Made by a program: the position numbers and the translations under genes
Shown: positions 62,738 to 64,000 of the stretch, piece after piece
Position numbering within the stretch: position 1 is the first letter of the stretch
Layout of the letters: every line of letters starts with the position of its first letter
From: an uncultured Chloroflexia bacterium
GTDB lineage: Bacteria > Chloroflexota > Dehalococcoidia > DSTF01 > JALHUB01
NCBI GenBank assembly: GCA_963726245.1
Contig: CAVSBT010000037.1
Span: 128,001-192,000, forward strand
DNA length: 64,000 bases
Reading direction: 5' to 3'
The notes under the pieces: model-generated
What the model was told of the DNA's origin: nothing
What the model saw: the letters and a program-made list of their open reading frames with translations, nothing else
The model's database searches: none

Positions 62738-64000
62738 TGTCGTGTCGCAGCTAGAATGTCCGCCTTTGTGTCGCAGGTAGAATGTCCTCCAACACCTGCT
62801 CTACGGTCAACGGCGCATCGCGCAAGTGCCCCTTGTCTATGTGAGGCAGCTCCGCCACCAGGCACCCAGCGTGCCACACCCTCAGCCGCTCTCCTGGGTG
62901 GATATGGAGCTGCACCTTGAAGGCCACCAAGCAGGGCTCGCTGGGCAGGGTGTAGGTCACCCCATCCAGGCTGATGGTGTGGTCCTTAGCCACCTTGCGC
63001 TCCTCCTTGAGGCAGAAGACGTCGTCCGGGTTGCCCTCCAGGGGGCGGGTGACAGCAGGCTGTAGCCGCTCGCTGGGTGTGCAGCCGGTGTCGCGGTTGA
63101 CGTGGCGGGTGTTGTACTCCTCCACCCAGTGGTCTACCAGGGTCTGGAGCTCCTCCAGGCTGCCCGCCCGGTTGTGGTCCAGCACCCGCTCCTGGAGGAA
63201 GCGGAAGAAGCGCTCGATCTTCCCCTTGGCCTGGGCGTTGCCCGGTAGGTGGGAGAGGAGCTGGATGTCCAGCTCCCGCAGGGCCCGGCCTACCTCCGTC
63301 TCCACCAGCCCCTGGAGAGTCTCCTGGCGGTAGGTGAAGAAGCGGCTGCGCTGGTAGCGGGTGAGGCGGAACTTGGAGTCATTGTCGGTATAGAGGACCC
63401 GCGGGCGGCCGTAGCGCTCCATTGCCTGTCGTAGGGTCAGGAGAGTGTGGTAGCTGGAGTCTGTGGGGAAGACGCCGGCGGCCAGCACGGCCCGGGAGTA
63501 GTCGTCCAGGATGACCACCACGCAGACATGACGGTAACCCTCCAGCCAGGCTCCCACCGTAGTATCCATCTGCCACAGCTCGCCGAAGGCCCGCATCTCG
63601 AAGCGCCGGGCCGGGCGGCGGTGTCGGGGCAGAGGGTTGCCAGTCTCCCCCCGCAGAAGCCGGTGGACGGTGGCGCGGTGCACCACCACCCCTTCCGTGG
63701 CGGCCAGGGCCTCGGCGATAGCGGGGGCGGACCAGTAGGGATACTCCCGGTGCAGACGCCGGATCTCCTCGTTCGTTGAGTCGGGCAAGGCGTTCCAAGC
63801 CGAGTGCCGGCGCTGGTAGGCCAGGCTCCCCAGGCGCCGGCCGCTCTCCCGATACCGCTTCAGCACCCGCCGTACCTGCCGCGTCGAGAGGCCCATCTCC
63901 CGCCCTGCCTCCTCCTGGCTAAGCCGTCCCTGCTCCACCAGCACCACCAGGGGATAGCGAACCATGACCCGCAGCCATCCTCTCTGCACGGGCACCTCCT
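62738..64000 (-). mobile_element. insertion sequence, IS1202 (ISNCY)/IS481-like; right end at 62738, left end outside window
   Basis: TGT terminus followed by two 20-bp direct repeats GTGTCGCAG(C/G)TAGAATGTCC (62742-62761, 62768-62787). Confidence 0.75.
62751..63995 (-). CDS. DDE (rve) transposase with N-terminal HTH
   Basis: GLSTRQVRR HTH, WQMD, LDDYSR, YTDN, AKGKIERFF. Confidence 0.92.
   Translation of the reverse strand: MPVQRGWLRVMVRYPLVVLVEQGRLSQEEAGREMGLSTRQVRRVLKRYRESGRRLGSLAYQRRHSAWNALPDSTNEEIRRLHREYPYWSAPAIAEALAATEGVVVHRATVHRLLRGETGNPLPRHRRPARRFEMRAFGELWQMDTTVGAWLEGYRHVCVVVILDDYSRAVLAAGVFPTDSSYHTLLTLRQAMERYGRPRVLYTDNDSKFRLTRYQRSRFFTYRQETLQGLVETEVGRALRELDIQLLSHLPGNAQAKGKIERFFRFLQERVLDHNRAGSLEELQTLVDHWVEEYNTRHVNRDTGCTPSERLQPAVTRPLEGNPDDVFCLKEERKVAKDHTISLDGVTYTLPSEPCLVAFKVQLHIHPGERLRVWHAGCLVAELPHIDKGHLRDAPLTVEQVLEDILPATQRRTF

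Overview
High-GC (roughly 65-70% by eye) bacterial window, most consistent with Chloroflexota, probably Dehalococcoidia-like. This is inferred from gene content and style, not proven. Many genes are broken by single-base indels, probably long-read assembly errors. Positions 1-25.3 kb are mainly housekeeping: DsbA-like protein, hydrolases, HtrA, ECF sigma/RskA-like anti-sigma, Zur-ZnuC-ZnuB, a GltD/NfnB-like oxidoreductase, peroxiredoxin, MaoC pair, thioesterase, ArsA/GET3-like ATPase, SDR, dnaE, a spermidine-synthase-like membrane protein, NifU, thrB/lysC and two tRNA-Ser genes. REP-like palindromes are scattered through this part. Positions 25.5-62.7 kb form a ~37 kb cell-surface protein locus built from a few shuffled modules: (i) an unnamed ~85-aa C-terminal domain with two conserved Cys (GCNP...W.GYSP..P..SDL...RLD..F.CV....RP.I/V-stop) in 8 secreted proteins; (ii) ~10 cohesin-like domains of two subtypes; (iii) 5 dockerin-like/'flexitail'-like modules; (iv) two class F sortases and two small putative substrates with a non-canonical VITGTGG-TM-RR signal; (v) lipoprotein- and TM-anchored cohesins; (vi) a divergent ECF sigma/DUF5667 anti-sigma pair. 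No glycoside hydrolase was recognised, so this looks like a non-cellulosomal, modular envelope/S-layer-like assembly system, and it is the best candidate for an undescribed system here. A degenerate HEPN/SWIM/HNH/XRE insert (33.2-36.9 kb) interrupts the locus, and an IS1202/IS481-like transposase ends the window.
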